A stretch of 64,000 nucleotides of DNA, from NCBI GenBank assembly GCA_046297835.1, contig JBKBHI010000007.1, forward strand, positions 151,101-215,100, written 5' to 3'. A program made the translations under genes and the position numbers. Positions 31,862 through 43,777 of this stretch are shown one piece after another. The notes under the pieces were generated by a model, which did no database searches, was not told the DNA's origin, and saw nothing but the letters and a program-made list of their open reading frames with translations. Each line of letters opens with the position of its first letter. The first letter of the stretch is position 1. The stretch is from Alphaproteobacteria bacterium. Its GTDB lineage: Bacteria; Pseudomonadota; Alphaproteobacteria; SMXQ01.

Positions 31862-32734
31862 CTAGGTGTCCTTGCCGGTTTTCTTGGCGTTCGGCGCTTT
31901 CGGCGCCGGCACCCCGGGCGACAGCCGCACGACCGTCCGGTCGGGCAGCCGCAGATCGATGTTGGCCACGTCGCGCGCCAGGACGTCCTGGTTGCGCTGC
32001 ATGGCGGCGAATTTGGCCCAAGCGCGGCCGGCGTCCTGTTCGGGAAGCTGCACTTCCGCGCCGTTGTCGAAGATCACGGTCCAGCGGCGCTGGCCGACGA
32101 AGCTGAAAGCGGCGACGCGCGCGCGCAAGTCCGGCTCGGCGGCGGCGATGGCGAGAATGGCGGGCGCGTTGGTCGGCGCGCCGTCGCCGATGATCTGCGG
32201 CAATTGGCCGAAGCGCGCCGGATCGGCGCTGGGAATGACCGCGCCGTCGATATCCACCACGGCCAGCTTGCCGTCCTTCTGCCACAGCGCCATCGGCACG
32301 CGCTCTTCGAGGCGCACGAAGACGGTATCGGGCAGGCGGCGCTCGACGGTCGCCTTGCGCACCCAGGGCAGCGCTTCGAGGCGGTTCTTCGCTTCGTGCG
32401 GATCGAAGGCGAGGATGGGCGAGCCGCGGCGCACGGCGAGCGCGGCCAGCACGTCTTGGCCGGGGCTTTCGCCGCGGCCCTGCACGAGAACCTCGCCGAC
32501 CGCGAGGCCGAGCCCGGCGGACACGATCATGCCGTGCCGTTCGGCCCAAGCGCCGGCGGCGGCGATATGGCCGGCGCGCGCCAAATAAATCGGCGTGCCG
32601 ACGACGACGGCGAGCGCGGCGACGCCCGCGCCCGCGCGCAGCGCCGGCTTCAGCCAGCGCGGCGGCGGCGTGCGGCGCACCGGCTTGCGCGACCCATTGC
32701 GCGACTGTGCGCGACGCTTGTTCAGCGCGGGCAT
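31862..32734 (-). CDS. ftsQ: Cell division protein FtsQ/DivIB
   Basis: Single TM segment, POTRA (LPWVRKATVERRLPDT), IDLRLPDR; position in dcw. Confidence 0.93.
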   Translation of the reverse strand: MPALNKRRAQSRNGSRKPVRRTPPPRWLKPALRAGAGVAALAVVVGTPIYLARAGHIAAAGAWAERHGMIVSAGLGLAVGEVLVQGRGESPGQDVLAALAVRRGSPILAFDPHEAKNRLEALPWVRKATVERRLPDTVFVRLEERVPMALWQKDGKLAVVDIDGAVIPSADPARFGQLPQIIGDGAPTNAPAILAIAAAEPDLRARVAAFSFVGQRRWTVIFDNGAEVQLPEQDAGRAWAKFAAMQRNQDVLARDVANIDLRLPDRTVVRLSPGVPAPKAPNAKKTGKDT

Positions 32735-33648
32735 GAGGCGTCCTCCACGATCCAGCTCACGAGCTGCTCGAAATTGATGCCGGCATGGGCGGCGATCTCC
32801 GGCACCAGGGAGAGCGGCGTCATGCCTGGCTGGGTGTTGACTTCCAGCACGTAAAATTCGCCGTCCGCGCCTTTGGTGTCGTCGTAGCGCAGGTCGGTGC
32901 GCGAGACGCCGCGGCAGCCGAGCGTGCGGTGGGCGGCGAGGCCGATCTCCAGCGCTTCCTGGTATTTCGCGGGCGACAGCGGCGCGGGCATCAGATGCTC
33001 GGCCTTGCCGTCGGTGTATTTCGCCTCGTAGCTGTAGAAGCCCTGCTTGGGGCGAATCTCGAGGCAGCCGAGCGCCTTGTCGCCCATCACCGCGACCGTC
33101 AGCTCGCGGCCGGGGATGAAGCGTTCGACCAGCACCTGCTCGCCGTAGGGCCAGGCGGTGTCGGCGAAGGGCTTGGCGTTGTCGCCGGGCTGGACGATAT
33201 GCACGCCGACGCTGGAGCCTTCGTTGAACGGCTTGATCACGTAAGGCGCGTCCATGAAGCCGCCCTTCAGCACCTCCTCGCGGCTCAGCACCAGGCCTTC
33301 GGCGACGCGGAGGCCGGCCGCCTGGAACAGGCGTCGCGCGGTCGGCTTGTCCATGGCGATGGCCGAGGCCAGCACGCCGGAATGGGTGTAGGGCAGGCCG
33401 ATCATCTCCAGCGCGCCCTGGATGCAGCCGTCTTCGCCGAAGCGGCCGTGCAGCGCGTTGAACGCCACCTGCGGGCGCGGATGCAGCTGCTTGAGGAGCG
33501 CGCCGATGTCGCGGCCGACGTCGATGGTGACGACATGATGGCCGAGCTTCTTGAGCGCGTTCGACACGGCCGCGCCGGAGACGAGCGACACCTCTCGCTC
33601 GGCTGACCAGCCGCCCATCAGCACCGCGACTTCCATCTTGCCGCTCAT
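32722..33648 (-). CDS. ddl: D-alanine-D-alanine ligase
   Basis: VLMGGWSAEREVS, LHGRFGEDG, EGSSVG, YSYEAKY, LEVNTQPGMT. Confidence 0.97.
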   Translation of the reverse strand: MSGKMEVAVLMGGWSAEREVSLVSGAAVSNALKKLGHHVVTIDVGRDIGALLKQLHPRPQVAFNALHGRFGEDGCIQGALEMIGLPYTHSGVLASAIAMDKPTARRLFQAAGLRVAEGLVLSREEVLKGGFMDAPYVIKPFNEGSSVGVHIVQPGDNAKPFADTAWPYGEQVLVERFIPGRELTVAVMGDKALGCLEIRPKQGFYSYEAKYTDGKAEHLMPAPLSPAKYQEALEIGLAAHRTLGCRGVSRTDLRYDDTKGADGEFYVLEVNTQPGMTPLSLVPEIAAHAGINFEQLVSWIVEDASCPR

Positions 33649-34595
33649 GCCGCGCCTCCGACCGAATGCAGGCCGGGAAGCGCTTTGCCGATGCGCTTGA
33701 TCTCCCATTCGAGCGTCACGCCGCTCTCTGCGAACACGCGGCGGCGGACTTCCTCGCCGAGCGCCTCGATGTCGGCGGCGGTGGCGTCGCCGGTATTGAT
33801 CAGGAAGTTGCAGTGCAGTTCGGACACTTGCGCGCCGCCCAGGCGCAAGCCGCGGCAACCGGCCGCGTCGATCAATTGCCAGGCTTTATGGCCTTCAGGG
33901 TTCTTGAAGGTCGAGCCGCCGGTCGGCGTGCGCAGCGGCTGCGTCTCGGCGCGCGCCTGCTGGATTTCGTCCATGCGGGCCTGGATCGCGGCCGGATCGC
34001 CGGCTTCGCCCCTGAGCGTCGCGCTCGTGAAGATCCAATCTTTCGGCACGCCCGCGTGGCGATAGGTGAAGCCGAGATCGGCATGGCTCAGCTTGCGCAG
34101 CTCGCCTTGCGCATCGACGGCTTCGGCGGCGACGACGACATCGGTCATCTCGCGGCCGTAAGCGCCGGCGTTCATGCGCAGCGCGCCGCCGATCAGGCCC
34201 GGGATGCCGGAAAGGAATTCGAGGCCGGCGATGCCGGCGGCGCGCGCCGCGATGGCGACGTTCAGGTCGAGCGCGGACGCCCCGGCCGTCACGGACGGGC
34301 CATCGGTCGCAATGGTCGCGAAATCGCGGCCCAAGCGGATGACGACCCCGTCGATGCCGCCGTCGCGCACCAGCAAGTTCGAACCGACGCCGAGCACCGT
34401 GACCGGCACGTCGGCCGGCTTGCCGGCGAGAAAGGTCATAAGGTCTTCGACATCGACCGGGCGGAACATGACTTCGGCCGGGCCGCCGACCTTGAACCAG
34501 GTGACGCGCGACAGATCGGCGGCTTCCGTATAACGGCCGCGCACCGCCGGCAGGCGGTCGATCAGGCGCTGCGGGGCCTTGCGCTCGGCCATCAT
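33645..34595 (-). CDS. murB: UDP-N-acetylenolpyruvoylglucosamine reductase
   Basis: [43 protein letters not shown]. Confidence 0.96.
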   Translation of the reverse strand: MMAERKAPQRLIDRLPAVRGRYTEAADLSRVTWFKVGGPAEVMFRPVDVEDLMTFLAGKPADVPVTVLGVGSNLLVRDGGIDGVVIRLGRDFATIATDGPSVTAGASALDLNVAIAARAAGIAGLEFLSGIPGLIGGALRMNAGAYGREMTDVVVAAEAVDAQGELRKLSHADLGFTYRHAGVPKDWIFTSATLRGEAGDPAAIQARMDEIQQARAETQPLRTPTGGSTFKNPEGHKAWQLIDAAGCRGLRLGGAQVSELHCNFLINTGDATAADIEALGEEVRRRVFAESGVTLEWEIKRIGKALPGLHSVGGAA

Positions 34596-36016
34596 GCCTG
34601 CGCTCCCTTCGCGAGCTTGCCCAGATCGGCGGGCAGGGCGTTGGCCCAAGTGGTGATGCTGCCGGCGCCGACGCAGACGACGAGGTCGCCCGGCGCGGTC
34701 AGGCCGGCGACGATGCCGGGCAGCGCCTCGGCGTTCGGCAGGGCGACGACCTGGCGGTGGCCGTGGGCGCGCAGGCTCTCGACCAGCGAGTCGCGGTCGA
34801 TGCCGGGGATCGGCTGCTCGCCGGCCGGATAGACGTCGGCGACGATCACCGCGTCGGCGTCGTTGAAGCAGGTGGAGAAGTCCTCGAACAAGTCGCGCAG
34901 GCGCGTGTAGCGGTGCGGTTGCACCACGGCGACGACCTTGCCCTTGTAGGCTTCGCGCGCGGCGCGCATGACGGCGGCGATCTCGACCGGGTGGTGGCCG
35001 TAATCGTCCACCACCGTCACGCCGTTCGCCTCGCCGGTCTTGGTGAAGCGGCGCTTCACGCCCTTGAAGGCGAGCAGCGCGGCGCGCATGCGTTCCTCGT
35101 CGAGGCCCATCTCTAGGCCGACGGCGATGGCGGCCAGCGTGTTCTGCACGTTATGCTTGCCGGCCATCGGCAGCTTCATGCCGCGGATCAGGCGCGGCGC
35201 GCCGCCTCCCGCGCGATCGGCGACCAGCACGTCGAAGGTGATGCCCTCGGGCGAGGCGACGAGATTGAGGCCGCGCACATCCGCTTGAGGGCTATAGCCG
35301 TAGGTGACGATCTTGCGGTCCGACAGTTTCGGGATCATCGCCTGCACTTCGGGATGATCGATGCACAGGCAGGCGAAGCCGTAGAACGGGATGTTCTCGA
35401 CGAAATTGACGAAGGCGCGGCGCACCGCGTCGAAGTCGCCGTAATGGTCGAGATGCTCGGGATCGATATTGGTGACGACGGCGATGGTCGCCGGCAGCCG
35501 CAGGAAGGTGCCGTCGGATTCGTCGGCCTCGACCACCATCCAGTCGCCGTCGCCGAGGCGGGCGTTGGTGCCGATGGCGTTGAGGATGCCGCCGATGATG
35601 ACGGTGGGGTCGAGCCCGGCGCCTTCGAGCATGGCGGCGACCAGCGAGGTCGTGGTGGTCTTGCCGTGCGTGCCGCCGACCGCGATGGCCCATTTCAGGC
35701 GCATCAGCTCGCCGAGCATCTCGGCGCGGCGCACCACGGGGATCAGGCGGGCGCGCGCGCCCGTCACTTCCGGATTGCTCGGCTTCACCGCCGAGGAGAT
35801 GACGACGACCTGCGCTTCGCCGACGTTCTCGGCGGCATGGCCGATGGCGACCTTGATGCCGAGATCGCGCAGGCGCTTGACGTTGGCGCTCTCCGCCATG
35901 TCGCTGCCCTGCACGACATAGCCGAGGTTGTGCAGCACTTCGGCGATGCCGGACATGCCGATGCCGCCGATGCCGACGAAATGGATGGTGCCGATGTTGA
36001 GCGGCAGGGCCCTCAT
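34592..36016 (-). CDS. murC: UDP-N-acetylmuramate-L-alanine ligase
   Basis: [38 protein letters not shown]. Confidence 0.98.
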   Translation of the reverse strand: MRALPLNIGTIHFVGIGGIGMSGIAEVLHNLGYVVQGSDMAESANVKRLRDLGIKVAIGHAAENVGEAQVVVISSAVKPSNPEVTGARARLIPVVRRAEMLGELMRLKWAIAVGGTHGKTTTTSLVAAMLEGAGLDPTVIIGGILNAIGTNARLGDGDWMVVEADESDGTFLRLPATIAVVTNIDPEHLDHYGDFDAVRRAFVNFVENIPFYGFACLCIDHPEVQAMIPKLSDRKIVTYGYSPQADVRGLNLVASPEGITFDVLVADRAGGGAPRLIRGMKLPMAGKHNVQNTLAAIAVGLEMGLDEERMRAALLAFKGVKRRFTKTGEANGVTVVDDYGHHPVEIAAVMRAAREAYKGKVVAVVQPHRYTRLRDLFEDFSTCFNDADAVIVADVYPAGEQPIPGIDRDSLVESLRAHGHRQVVALPNAEALPGIVAGLTAPGDLVVCVGAGSITTWANALPADLGKLAKGAQA

Positions 36017-37182
36017 GCGGCCTTCTCCGTGTCGTGTTTGCCGTTGCCGCCGGCGAGCAGGCCGGCGACGAGAATGGCGAGATTGGCCGCGGCGTCGCGA
36101 TGGCCGGCGGCGTGGGCCTTGTCCGCCATGCGCGCGAGCTGCTGCGGCTGGGCGAACAGGAGTTTCAGGCGCGCGGACAGCGTTTCGGGCGTGAAATCGA
36201 GCTGCGGCACGCAGACCGCGCCGCCCTGCGTTTCGATGGCGCGGGCGTTGAGCGTCTGGTGGTCGTCCATCGCGTGCGGGTAAGGCACCAGGATGGCGGG
36301 CCGGCCGGCCATGGTCAGTTCGGCGACCGTCGAGGCGCCCGAGCGGCAGACGACGAGATGGGCGTGCAGCAGGCGCTCGGGCATGTCGCCGAAGAAGCTG
36401 GCAAGATCGACGCGGATGTCGGTGCCGGCGTAGGCCGCGCGCACGCGCTCGATGTCCTCGGGGCGGCATTGCTGGCTGACGCGCAGGCGCTGGCGGATGT
36501 CGGGCGGCAGGCGGTCGAGCGCGGCGGGCACCACGTCGCTGAATACCGTCGCGCCCTGGCTGCCGCCGGTGACGAGCAGGTAGATCGGGCCGTCGCCGGC
36601 GAGCGCCGGATAGGCGTTGTCGCGCAAGGCGCGGATGCCGGGGCGCACCGGATTGCCGGTCATCACCACCTTGGCGCGGTCGGCCGGCTTGATGCCGCCG
36701 ACGCTCTCGAACGAAGTGGCGATGGCCGAGACGCGCGAGGCGAGCAGGCGGTTGGCGCGGCCGAGCAACGCGTTCTGCTCGTGGATCAGGGTCGGCACGC
36801 CGAGGCTGCTCGCCGCCATCATCGTCGGCACGGTGGCGTAGCCGCCGAAACCGACGACGACGCTGGGCTTGAGGCGCGCCAGCAGTCCGCGCGATTGCAA
36901 GCCGCCGAGCGCGAGCTCGAGCACGCCCTTGGCGCGGCCGATCAGGCCGCCGCCGCTGACGCGGCCGGCGCGGATGCGATGGGTGGCGAGCGCGCCGAGC
37001 TCGCCGCCGTAAGATTCGCCGCGGCTGTCGGTGAACAGCGCCAACGTGTAGCCGCGCGCGCGCAGCTCGGCCGCCAGCGCCTCGGCGGGGAAGACATGGC
37101 CGCCCGTGCCGCCCGCCACCAGCACGATGGGGTGGCTCTGGCTGCGGCCGTTATTCACGATGAGATCGCTGCCCGACATCAC
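36013..37182 (-). CDS. murG: Lipid II N-acetylglucosaminyltransferase
   Basis: [41 protein letters not shown]. Confidence 0.97.
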   Translation of the reverse strand: MMSGSDLIVNNGRSQSHPIVLVAGGTGGHVFPAEALAAELRARGYTLALFTDSRGESYGGELGALATHRIRAGRVSGGGLIGRAKGVLELALGGLQSRGLLARLKPSVVVGFGGYATVPTMMAASSLGVPTLIHEQNALLGRANRLLASRVSAIATSFESVGGIKPADRAKVVMTGNPVRPGIRALRDNAYPALAGDGPIYLLVTGGSQGATVFSDVVPAALDRLPPDIRQRLRVSQQCRPEDIERVRAAYAGTDIRVDLASFFGDMPERLLHAHLVVCRSGASTVAELTMAGRPAILVPYPHAMDDHQTLNARAIETQGGAVCVPQLDFTPETLSARLKLLFAQPQQLARMADKAHAAGHRDAAANLAILVAGLLAGGNGKHDTEKAA

Positions 37183-38300
37183 AGCTCCCCGAGGCCGGCG
37201 CGCCGGCGCGTCAGCGCCAGCACCATGCCCATGCCGAAGGCGATGCCGAGCAGCGACGAGCCGCCGTAGGAGATCAGCGGCAGCGTCATGCCCTTGGTCG
37301 GCATCAGATGCAGGGTGGAGGACATGTGGATGATCGCTTGCAGGCCGAACTGCACGAGCAAGCCGGTGACGGCGAGCAGGATGAACAGGTTGCCTTCCGA
37401 CAGCATGCGGGTGAAGCCGCGCAGCACGATGAAGGCGAACAGCGCGACGATGAACAGGCAGGCGATCAGGCCGAGCTCCTCGCCGGCGACGGCGAAGATG
37501 AAGTCGGCGTGCGCGTCGGGCAGGATCTCCTTCACCGTGCCTTCGCCGGGGCCGCGGCCGAACAGGCCGCCGTTCATGAAGGCTTCGAGGCCGGTGTTGA
37601 CCTGATAGCTGTCGCCCGACGACGGATCGAGGAAGCGGTCGATGCGGCTGGCGACGTGCGGCAGCACGAAGTAGGCGCCGACGATGCCGGCGACGCCGGC
37701 GATGGCCATGATGCCGACCAGCGCCATGGGAATGCCGGCGACGAACAATTGCGCGGCGAAGATCGCCGAGGTCAGCACGGCCATGCCCATGTCGGGCTGC
37801 AGCAGCAGGAGGCCGACGGTGAGGCCATAGAGCGCGACGGCGATGGTGCGGCCGGGGAAGCCCTGCTCAAGCCGGCCCGAGGCGAGCATCCAGGCCGAAA
37901 CCACGGCGAAGGCCGGCTTGATGAATTCGGACGGCTGCAGCGTGAAGCCGGCGAAGCTGATCCAGCGACGAGCGCCCTTGATCTCGACGCCGAGCAGGAG
38001 CGTCAGGATCATGCAGCCGACCATGGCGAAGAACATGACGACGGCGAGGCGGCGCACGTCGCGCACGCTCAGCAGCGAGACGGCGAGCAGCATGACGAGC
38101 GCCGGCGCGAGATAGCCGACCTGCTTGCGCACGAAATAGAAGGAATCGAGGCCGATGCGTTCGGCCACCGCCGGGCTCGCGGCGAAGATCAGCACGATGC
38201 CGAGGCCGACGAGGATCATCAGGGCGGCGAGCACCCAGCGGTCGACGGTCCACCACCAGCGGCCGAGAACGGAGGTGTCGGTGCGGGCGAAATTGATCAT
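37179..38300 (-). CDS. ftsW: SEDS peptidoglycan polymerase FtsW
   Basis: GARRWI, QPSEF.KP, QPD.G, PDAH.DFIF, P.KG.TLP.ISYGGSS. Confidence 0.97.
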   Translation of the reverse strand: MINFARTDTSVLGRWWWTVDRWVLAALMILVGLGIVLIFAASPAVAERIGLDSFYFVRKQVGYLAPALVMLLAVSLLSVRDVRRLAVVMFFAMVGCMILTLLLGVEIKGARRWISFAGFTLQPSEFIKPAFAVVSAWMLASGRLEQGFPGRTIAVALYGLTVGLLLLQPDMGMAVLTSAIFAAQLFVAGIPMALVGIMAIAGVAGIVGAYFVLPHVASRIDRFLDPSSGDSYQVNTGLEAFMNGGLFGRGPGEGTVKEILPDAHADFIFAVAGEELGLIACLFIVALFAFIVLRGFTRMLSEGNLFILLAVTGLLVQFGLQAIIHMSSTLHLMPTKGMTLPLISYGGSSLLGIAFGMGMVLALTRRRAGLGEL

Positions 38301-39703
38301 GCGCCGGCTCCCGAACGGCGCTCGCCCTGCGGCAGCGCGCGCACCAGGGCGCGGAACGCCTCGCCGCGCGCCTCGAAATTGGCGAACTGGTCGAACGAGG
38401 CGCAGGCCGGCGACAGCAGCACCGTCGCGCCGGTGATCTTCTCGGCCCAGGCGAGCTTGGCGGCGGCGTCGAGCGCGACCGGCAGCTCGCCGCATATCGT
38501 GTAGGGCACCTTGCCGTCGAGCGTGCGGGCGAAATCCTCGGCCGCCGCGCCGATCAGGAAGGCGTGGCGGATATGCTTGTGCCAGGGGCCGAGCGTCTCG
38601 ATGCCGCCTTCCTTGGCCAGCCCGCCGGCGATCCAGTAGATCGCGTCGTAGCATTCGAGCGCCTTGGCGGTCGCGTCGGCGTTGGTCGCCTTGCTGTCGT
38701 TGACGAAGGCGACGCCGGCGATGTCGGCGATCTTTTCCTGACGGTGGGCGAGGCCCGGGAAGGAGAGAATGGCCTCGGCGGCCTTCTTCGGGTCGATCCA
38801 CAGGGCGCGCGCCGCGGCGAAGGCGGCGGCGGCGTTCTGCCAATTGTGCTTGCCCGGCAGCGCCTTGGCATTGAGCAGGTTGGCGACGAGCGTCTTGCCG
38901 TCGCGCGCGCGGCTGTCGTGCAACTGCCCGTCGCGCACCCAGACGCCAGCCTCGATCGGGTTGCCGACGGTGACGGGCACGACGCGCACGCCGCGCTTGG
39001 CGATCTCCTTGGCGATGGCGCGCGAGGGCTCGTCATCGACGCCGATCACGGCGACGCCGTTGGATTTCAAGAGATCGAACAGCCGGCGCTTGGCGGCGAT
39101 ATAGCCGTCCATGCCGCCGTGGCGGTCGAGGTGATCGGGCGTGATGTTGAGCAAGACGGCGACGGCGAACGCGGGAGTGTGAACGAGCTCGATCTGATAG
39201 GACGACAGCTCCAGCACATAAGTTCCCGCGTCGCTCAATTCTTCGAGGCCGAGCGCGGCGGGGCCGAGATTGCCGCCGACGTCCATGCGCGTGCCCGTCG
39301 CTTTGAGGATGTGGGCGAGGAGCGCGGTCGTCGTCGACTTGCCATTGGTCCCGGTGATGCCGGCGAAACGCGCGCCGCTCTGGGCCTGGAGCAGCAGCTC
39401 CACGTCCGAGATGAGCGGCAAGCCTTTCGCCTTGGCGGCGGCGGCGACCGGGTGCGCCGTGGGAAAGCTGTGGGGAATGCCCGGGCTCATGACGAGCGCG
39501 GCGGACTCTTGCAACGAGGCGGCGTCGCTCAGGGGCGTCAGCGCCACGCCGGCGGCCTCGGCGGCGGCCCGCGCCTTCTCGCCGTCGTCCCAAGCCAGCA
39601 CCTTCGCGCCGCCCGCCTGCAGGGCGCGCGCGGCCGTCAGCCCGGACTTGCCGAGGCCGAGGACGGCGTAGGTCTGGTCTTTGACGAAAGGCAGCGAGAT
39701 CAC
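38297..39703 (-). CDS. murD: UDP-N-acetylmuramoyl-L-alanine-D-glutamate ligase
   Basis: GLGKSG, GTNGKSTT, ELSSYQ, NDSKATN, LSPACASFDQF.NFE.RG. Confidence 0.98.
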   Translation of the reverse strand: MISLPFVKDQTYAVLGLGKSGLTAARALQAGGAKVLAWDDGEKARAAAEAAGVALTPLSDAASLQESAALVMSPGIPHSFPTAHPVAAAAKAKGLPLISDVELLLQAQSGARFAGITGTNGKSTTTALLAHILKATGTRMDVGGNLGPAALGLEELSDAGTYVLELSSYQIELVHTPAFAVAVLLNITPDHLDRHGGMDGYIAAKRRLFDLLKSNGVAVIGVDDEPSRAIAKEIAKRGVRVVPVTVGNPIEAGVWVRDGQLHDSRARDGKTLVANLLNAKALPGKHNWQNAAAAFAAARALWIDPKKAAEAILSFPGLAHRQEKIADIAGVAFVNDSKATNADATAKALECYDAIYWIAGGLAKEGGIETLGPWHKHIRHAFLIGAAAEDFARTLDGKVPYTICGELPVALDAAAKLAWAEKITGATVLLSPACASFDQFANFEARGEAFRALVRALPQGERRSGAGA

Positions 39704-39718
39704 GGCGCGGTCGGTCCT

Positions 39719-40807
39719 TTAACGCAGTTTGAGGCTGGAGAGGCCGGCCAGCGCCAAGATCGACGCGATGATCCAGAAGCGGATCACCACGGTCGGCTCA
39801 GCCCAGCCCTTCTTCTCGAAATGGTGATGCAGCGGCGCCATGCGGAAGACGCGCTTGCCGGTGGTCTTGAACGAGATGACCTGGACGATGACGGAGATGG
39901 TCTCCAGCACGAACAGGCCGCCGATGATGGCGAGCACGATCTCGTGCTTGGTGACGACGCTGATCGCGCCAAGCGCGCCGCCGACCGAGAGCGAGCCGGT
40001 GTCGCCCATGAAGACCATGGCGGGCGGGGCGTTGAACCAGAGGAATCCGAGCGACGCGCCGACCAGCGCGCCGCAGAACACCGCGAGCTCGCCGGTGCCG
40101 GGCACGTAGTTGATCTGCAGGTAGTTAGAGAAGACCGCGTTGCCGACGAGATAGGAGATCAGCGCGAAGCAGCCGGCGGCGATCATGACCGGCACGATGG
40201 CGAGGCCGTCGAGGCCGTCGGTCAGGTTCACGGCGTTCGACGCGCCGACCATCACGAGCGCGCCGAACGGGATGAAAATCCAGCCGAGGTTGATCAGCGC
40301 GTCCTTGATGAAGGGGATCGCCAGGCTGGTCGACAGCGGATCGCGCGTGATGTCCATGATCCACAGCGTGGCGATCAGCGCGATGGCGCATTCGGCGACC
40401 AGCTTGTATTTGCCGGGCACGCCCTTGTGGCTGCGGCGCGTGAGCTTCAGGTAATCGTCGGCGAAGCCGACCGAGCCGAATCCGATGGTAACGAGCAGCA
40501 CGACCCAGACGTAGCGGTTCGACAGGTCGGCCCACAGCAGCGTGCCGGCGGCGACGCCGAACAGGATCAGCAGGCCGCCCATGGTCGGCGTGCCCTTCTT
40601 GGTCAGCAGATGGCTCTCCGGCCCGTCGGTGCGGATCGGCTGGCCGTGCGCCTGCTTGCTCTTGAGCCAGCGGATCGTCATCGGGCCGAACACGAAGCAG
40701 ACGAGCAGCGCCGTCACCGTCGCGCCGCCGGTGCGGAAGGTGATGTAGCGGAACAGGTTGAACGCCGCGAATTGGTCCGCGTAGGGCGTCAGGAGGTTGT
40801 AGAGCAT
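39719..40807 (-). CDS. mraY: Phospho-N-acetylmuramoyl-pentapeptide transferase
   Basis: [42 protein letters not shown]. Confidence 0.99.
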   Translation of the reverse strand: MLYNLLTPYADQFAAFNLFRYITFRTGGATVTALLVCFVFGPMTIRWLKSKQAHGQPIRTDGPESHLLTKKGTPTMGGLLILFGVAAGTLLWADLSNRYVWVVLLVTIGFGSVGFADDYLKLTRRSHKGVPGKYKLVAECAIALIATLWIMDITRDPLSTSLAIPFIKDALINLGWIFIPFGALVMVGASNAVNLTDGLDGLAIVPVMIAAGCFALISYLVGNAVFSNYLQINYVPGTGELAVFCGALVGASLGFLWFNAPPAMVFMGDTGSLSVGGALGAISVVTKHEIVLAIIGGLFVLETISVIVQVISFKTTGKRVFRMAPLHHHFEKKGWAEPTVVIRFWIIASILALAGLSSLKLR

Positions 40808-40829
40808 CTTCTGCGGGTGCCTTTCTGTC

Positions 40830-42263
40830 TCAGTGGCCGTTGGCGGCGGATTTGTTCGGGCTCGATCCGGCGAGCAGCTCGTCGACGATCAGGCCCATGC
40901 GGCTGCCGTGCGAGCCCTTCACCATCACCGCGTCGCCGGGGCGCACGAGCTGGCGCACCAGCGGCAGCAGCTCTTCGGCCTTGGCGGCGTGGCCGGCGCG
41001 CTTGTCGCGCGGCAGGGCTTCGTCGAGCGCGCCCATGTCGCGCCCGGCGGTGCAGACGAGATCGGCGGCGGCGGCGACATCGTCCGCCAGATCGGCATGG
41101 ATGGCGGCGGAGTCCGCGCCCAGTTCGAGCATGTCGCCGAGCACGGCGATGCGGCGGCCCCCATTGCCGACCGTGTTAGCTTTCAGCACCGCAAAAGCGG
41201 CGCGCATGGCGGCCGGGCTGGCGTTGTAGCTCTCGTCGATCAAGGTGAAGGTGCCGTCGGCCAGCGCGACCGTGTGGCGCGCGCCGCGGCCCTTGGGCGC
41301 GCTCATGCCGCCGAGCGATGCGGCGGCCTGTTCGAGATCGGCGCCGAGATGGACGGCGGCGGCGAGCACGGCGAGGCTGTTGAGCGCCCAATGGCGGCCC
41401 GGCGCGCCGATGGCGAAGGCGACGCGCTTGCCGCCGATCTCGGCCTCGATGCGGCCGCCGGTCTCGGTCGGTTCGTAGGACAGCAGCCGCGCCCACGCGC
41501 CCTGGGCGCTGCCGAAGCCGACGACGTCCGCGCCGCGCGCCAACGCCTGGCGCGTGAGGTAGCTGAAATAGGCGTTGTCGGCGTTGAGCACGGCGACGCC
41601 GCCCGGCTCGAGTCCGGCGAAGATTTCGGCCTTGGCGGCGGCGATGTCATCGACCGAATCGAAGAATTCGAGATGCACCGCCTCGATGGTGGTGACGATC
41701 GCGACATGCGGCCGCACGAGCTGGGAGAGCGGCGTCAGTTCGCCGGCATGGTTCATGCCGAGCTCGAACACGCCGAAGCGCGCGTCTTGCGGCAGGCGCG
41801 AGAGCGACAGCGGCACACCCCAATGGTTGTTCAAGCTGCCTTCGCTGGCGTGCGCCGGCCCTTGCGCGGACAGGACGAGCTTGAGCGCTTCCTTGGTGCT
41901 GGTCTTGCCGACCGAGCCGGTGACGGCGACGATGCGGGCTTTGCTGCGCGCGCGCGCGGCGGCGGCGAGGTCGCCGAGCGCCTGCAACGGGTCGGCGACG
42001 AGCAGCAGCGAGGCGTCGGCCGGGGCGTTCTCGGGCCGGCGGGCGACCACGGCGGCGGCCGCGCCCTTGGCGAGCGCGTCGGCGGCGAAGGCGTGGCCGT
42101 CGAAGTTCGGGCCCTGGATAGCGACGAACAGGTCGCCAGGCTTCACGCTGCGGCTGTCGATGGAGATGCCGGTCGCCGTCCAGTCGCGCGTCGGTTGGCC
42201 CTTGGTGGCGATCATCGCGTCGATCGAGGTCCAGAGAGGCCCAGTTTTATTCAGGGTGCTCAT
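40830..42263 (-). CDS. murF: UDP-N-acetylmuramoyl-tripeptide-D-Ala-D-Ala ligase
   Basis: [53 protein letters not shown]. Confidence 0.97.
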   Translation of the reverse strand: MSTLNKTGPLWTSIDAMIATKGQPTRDWTATGISIDSRSVKPGDLFVAIQGPNFDGHAFAADALAKGAAAAVVARRPENAPADASLLLVADPLQALGDLAAAARARSKARIVAVTGSVGKTSTKEALKLVLSAQGPAHASEGSLNNHWGVPLSLSRLPQDARFGVFELGMNHAGELTPLSQLVRPHVAIVTTIEAVHLEFFDSVDDIAAAKAEIFAGLEPGGVAVLNADNAYFSYLTRQALARGADVVGFGSAQGAWARLLSYEPTETGGRIEAEIGGKRVAFAIGAPGRHWALNSLAVLAAAVHLGADLEQAAASLGGMSAPKGRGARHTVALADGTFTLIDESYNASPAAMRAAFAVLKANTVGNGGRRIAVLGDMLELGADSAAIHADLADDVAAAADLVCTAGRDMGALDEALPRDKRAGHAAKAEELLPLVRQLVRPGDAVMVKGSHGSRMGLIVDELLAGSSPNKSAANGH

Positions 42264-43777
42264 GCGCGGCCTCCCAGCCGGGCGACGGCCTTGCGCGCCT
42301 CGTCGGCGTCGTTGAACGGGATGGTCGTCGCGCCGACGATCTGGCCTTGCTCATGGCCCTTGCCGGCGAGCACCAGCACGTCGCCGCTCCGCATCATGTC
42401 GACGGCGGCGAAGATCGCCTCCGCGCGGTCGGCGATTTCAAGCGGCTTGCCTTGCGCCGCTCCGGCGAGCACGGCGCGGCGGATCGCCGCCGGCTCCTCG
42501 CTGCGCGGGTTGTCGTCGGTGACGATGACGACGTCGGCCAGTTCGCTGGCGATGCGGCCCATCTGCGGGCGCTTGCCGGGATCGCGGTCGCCGCCGCAGC
42601 CGAACACCACCATCAGGCGGCCGGACGTGTGCGGACGCAGCGCGCCGAGCACGTTGGCGAGGGCGTCGGGCGTGTGCGCGTAATCGACATAGACCGCCGC
42701 GCCGGCCGGATGGCGCGCGGCGAGCTGCATGCGGCCGTCGACGCCGTCGAGGCGCTCGAGCGTGGCGAGCGCGGCGCGCGCCGAACCGCCGGCGGCGATG
42801 ACGAGGCCGAGGGCGCAGGCGACGTTCATCGCCTGGAAATGGCCGACGAGCGGCAATTTGGCTTCGGCATATTCGCCGGCGACGGCGAAGGACACGCGCT
42901 GGCCGTCCGGCAGCACGTCGAGAATGTCGAGGCGGATGTCCTTGCCCTTTTCGCCGAAGCCGAGCACGCGCTGGCCGCGCGCGGCGCAGATCGCGCGCAA
43001 TTCCTCGAAGCGCAGCTCGTCGGCGTTGAGCACGGCGACGCCGCCTTCGGGCAGGATGTCGGCGAACAGCCGCGCCTTGGCGGCGAAATAGCTGTCCTCG
43101 TCGCCGTGATAGTCGAGATGGTCGCGCGTGAGGTTCGTGAAGGCGGCGGCGGCGAGGGCGAGGCCGTCGAGCCGGTATTGCGCGAGGCCATGGCTCGAGG
43201 CTTCGAGCGCGACATGCTCGACGCCGGCGACCTTCAATTCGGCAAGGGTGCGATGCAGCGCGACCGGATCTGGCGTGGTCAGCGAGCCCCCGGTCTTGAG
43301 CTTGGCGGACTGGAGGCCGAGGGTGCCGAGGCTCGCGCCATCGACGCCCATCAGCGCCCAGATCTGGCGCGTGAAGGAGACGACCGAGCTCTTGCCGTTG
43401 GTGCCGGTGACGGCGACGACGTTGTCCGGCTGCGCGCCGTAGAAGCGCGCGGCCATCAGTGCGAGCTTGCGGCGCGGATTGTCGTCGGTGACGAAGCCGA
43501 ACGGACGGGCCGGCTTGTTTTCACCCTCGGCGCGGCCGACGACGATGTCGGGGGCGTCGGTGCCGGTCGGCGCGAGGATGGCGGCGGCGCCTTTGGCGAT
43601 GGCGTCGGGAATGAAGCGGCGGCCGTCGAGCTTGACGCCGGGCAGGGCGGCGAACAGGAAGCCGTCGCGCACGTCGCGCGAATCGGCGGTGAGACCACCG
43701 ATTTTCACGTCCGCCGTTTTGCTGCCTGCGCTCAATGCCACCGTCTCACCGGTCAAAAGCTCACTCAACGGACGCAC
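42260..43777 (-). CDS. murE: UDP-N-acetylmuramoyl-dipeptide-meso-DAP ligase
   Basis: TGTNGKSS, LTTPD, EASSHGL.Q.R, NLTRDHLDYH, DYAHTPDAL, DNPR (DAP-specific), AGKGHE. GTG start. Confidence 0.97.
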   Translation of the reverse strand: MRPLSELLTGETVALSAGSKTADVKIGGLTADSRDVRDGFLFAALPGVKLDGRRFIPDAIAKGAAAILAPTGTDAPDIVVGRAEGENKPARPFGFVTDDNPRRKLALMAARFYGAQPDNVVAVTGTNGKSSVVSFTRQIWALMGVDGASLGTLGLQSAKLKTGGSLTTPDPVALHRTLAELKVAGVEHVALEASSHGLAQYRLDGLALAAAAFTNLTRDHLDYHGDEDSYFAAKARLFADILPEGGVAVLNADELRFEELRAICAARGQRVLGFGEKGKDIRLDILDVLPDGQRVSFAVAGEYAEAKLPLVGHFQAMNVACALGLVIAAGGSARAALATLERLDGVDGRMQLAARHPAGAAVYVDYAHTPDALANVLGALRPHTSGRLMVVFGCGGDRDPGKRPQMGRIASELADVVIVTDDNPRSEEPAAIRRAVLAGAAQGKPLEIADRAEAIFAAVDMMRSGDVLVLAGKGHEQGQIVGATTIPFNDADEARKAVARLGGRA